64,000 nucleotides of DNA from Myxococcota bacterium. GTDB lineage: Bacteria > Myxococcota_A > UBA9160 > UBA6930. Made by a program: the position numbers and the translations under genes. The notes below the pieces were generated by a model. The model saw only the letters and a program-made list of their open reading frames with translations, ran no database searches and was not told the DNA's origin. The stretch's first letter is position 1, and each line of letters opens with the position of its first letter. Positions 62,649 through 64,000 of this stretch are shown here, one piece after another. The stretch is taken from NCBI GenBank assembly GCA_965223415.1, contig OZ245002.1:4992001-5056000 (forward strand), in the 5' to 3' direction.

Positions 62649-64000
<1,352 letters not shown>

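Overview
Very GC-rich bacterial chromosome segment, probably from the Myxococcota/deltaproteobacterial lineage (inferred from infC starting at ATC, an MglA-family GTPase, a DUF4388 protein, the cdaA-cdaR-glmM-pdxJ order and PEP-CTERM proteins). Positions 1-8240 look accessory: a partial serine hydrolase, two PEP-CTERM proteins, an IS3 element, a TPR lipoprotein and a sulfatase-like gene. This block abuts the 3' end of tRNA-Pro(GGG) with att-like periodic repeats. The rest is almost entirely minus-strand core genome: ftsH-folP-cdaA-cdaR-glmM-pdxJ-like, nnr-tsaE-lysC-comEA-like, yihY-iscS-mnmA-rnc-era, an acyl-CoA/B12 mutase block (icmF, scpA, meaB), mglA-like, ribBA-MoxR-VWA, miaB plus a degenerate signalling triad, guaB-guaA-dnaE, and tRNA-Val-thrS-infC-rpmI-rplT-pheS-pheT-ihfA. 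Highlights: (1) at most co-directional gene gaps, an unannotated 9-27 codon 'bridge' mini-ORF starts on the upstream stop codon and ends on the downstream start codon, often flanked by a direct duplication of the stop/start overlap, suggesting a translational-coupling relay; (2) a candidate sRNA with a promoter and terminator divergent from miaB; (3) a multi-stem guaB leader that sequesters its SD; (4) an intact PdxJ homologue lacking the catalytic residues; (5) a signalling operon made of degenerate domains.
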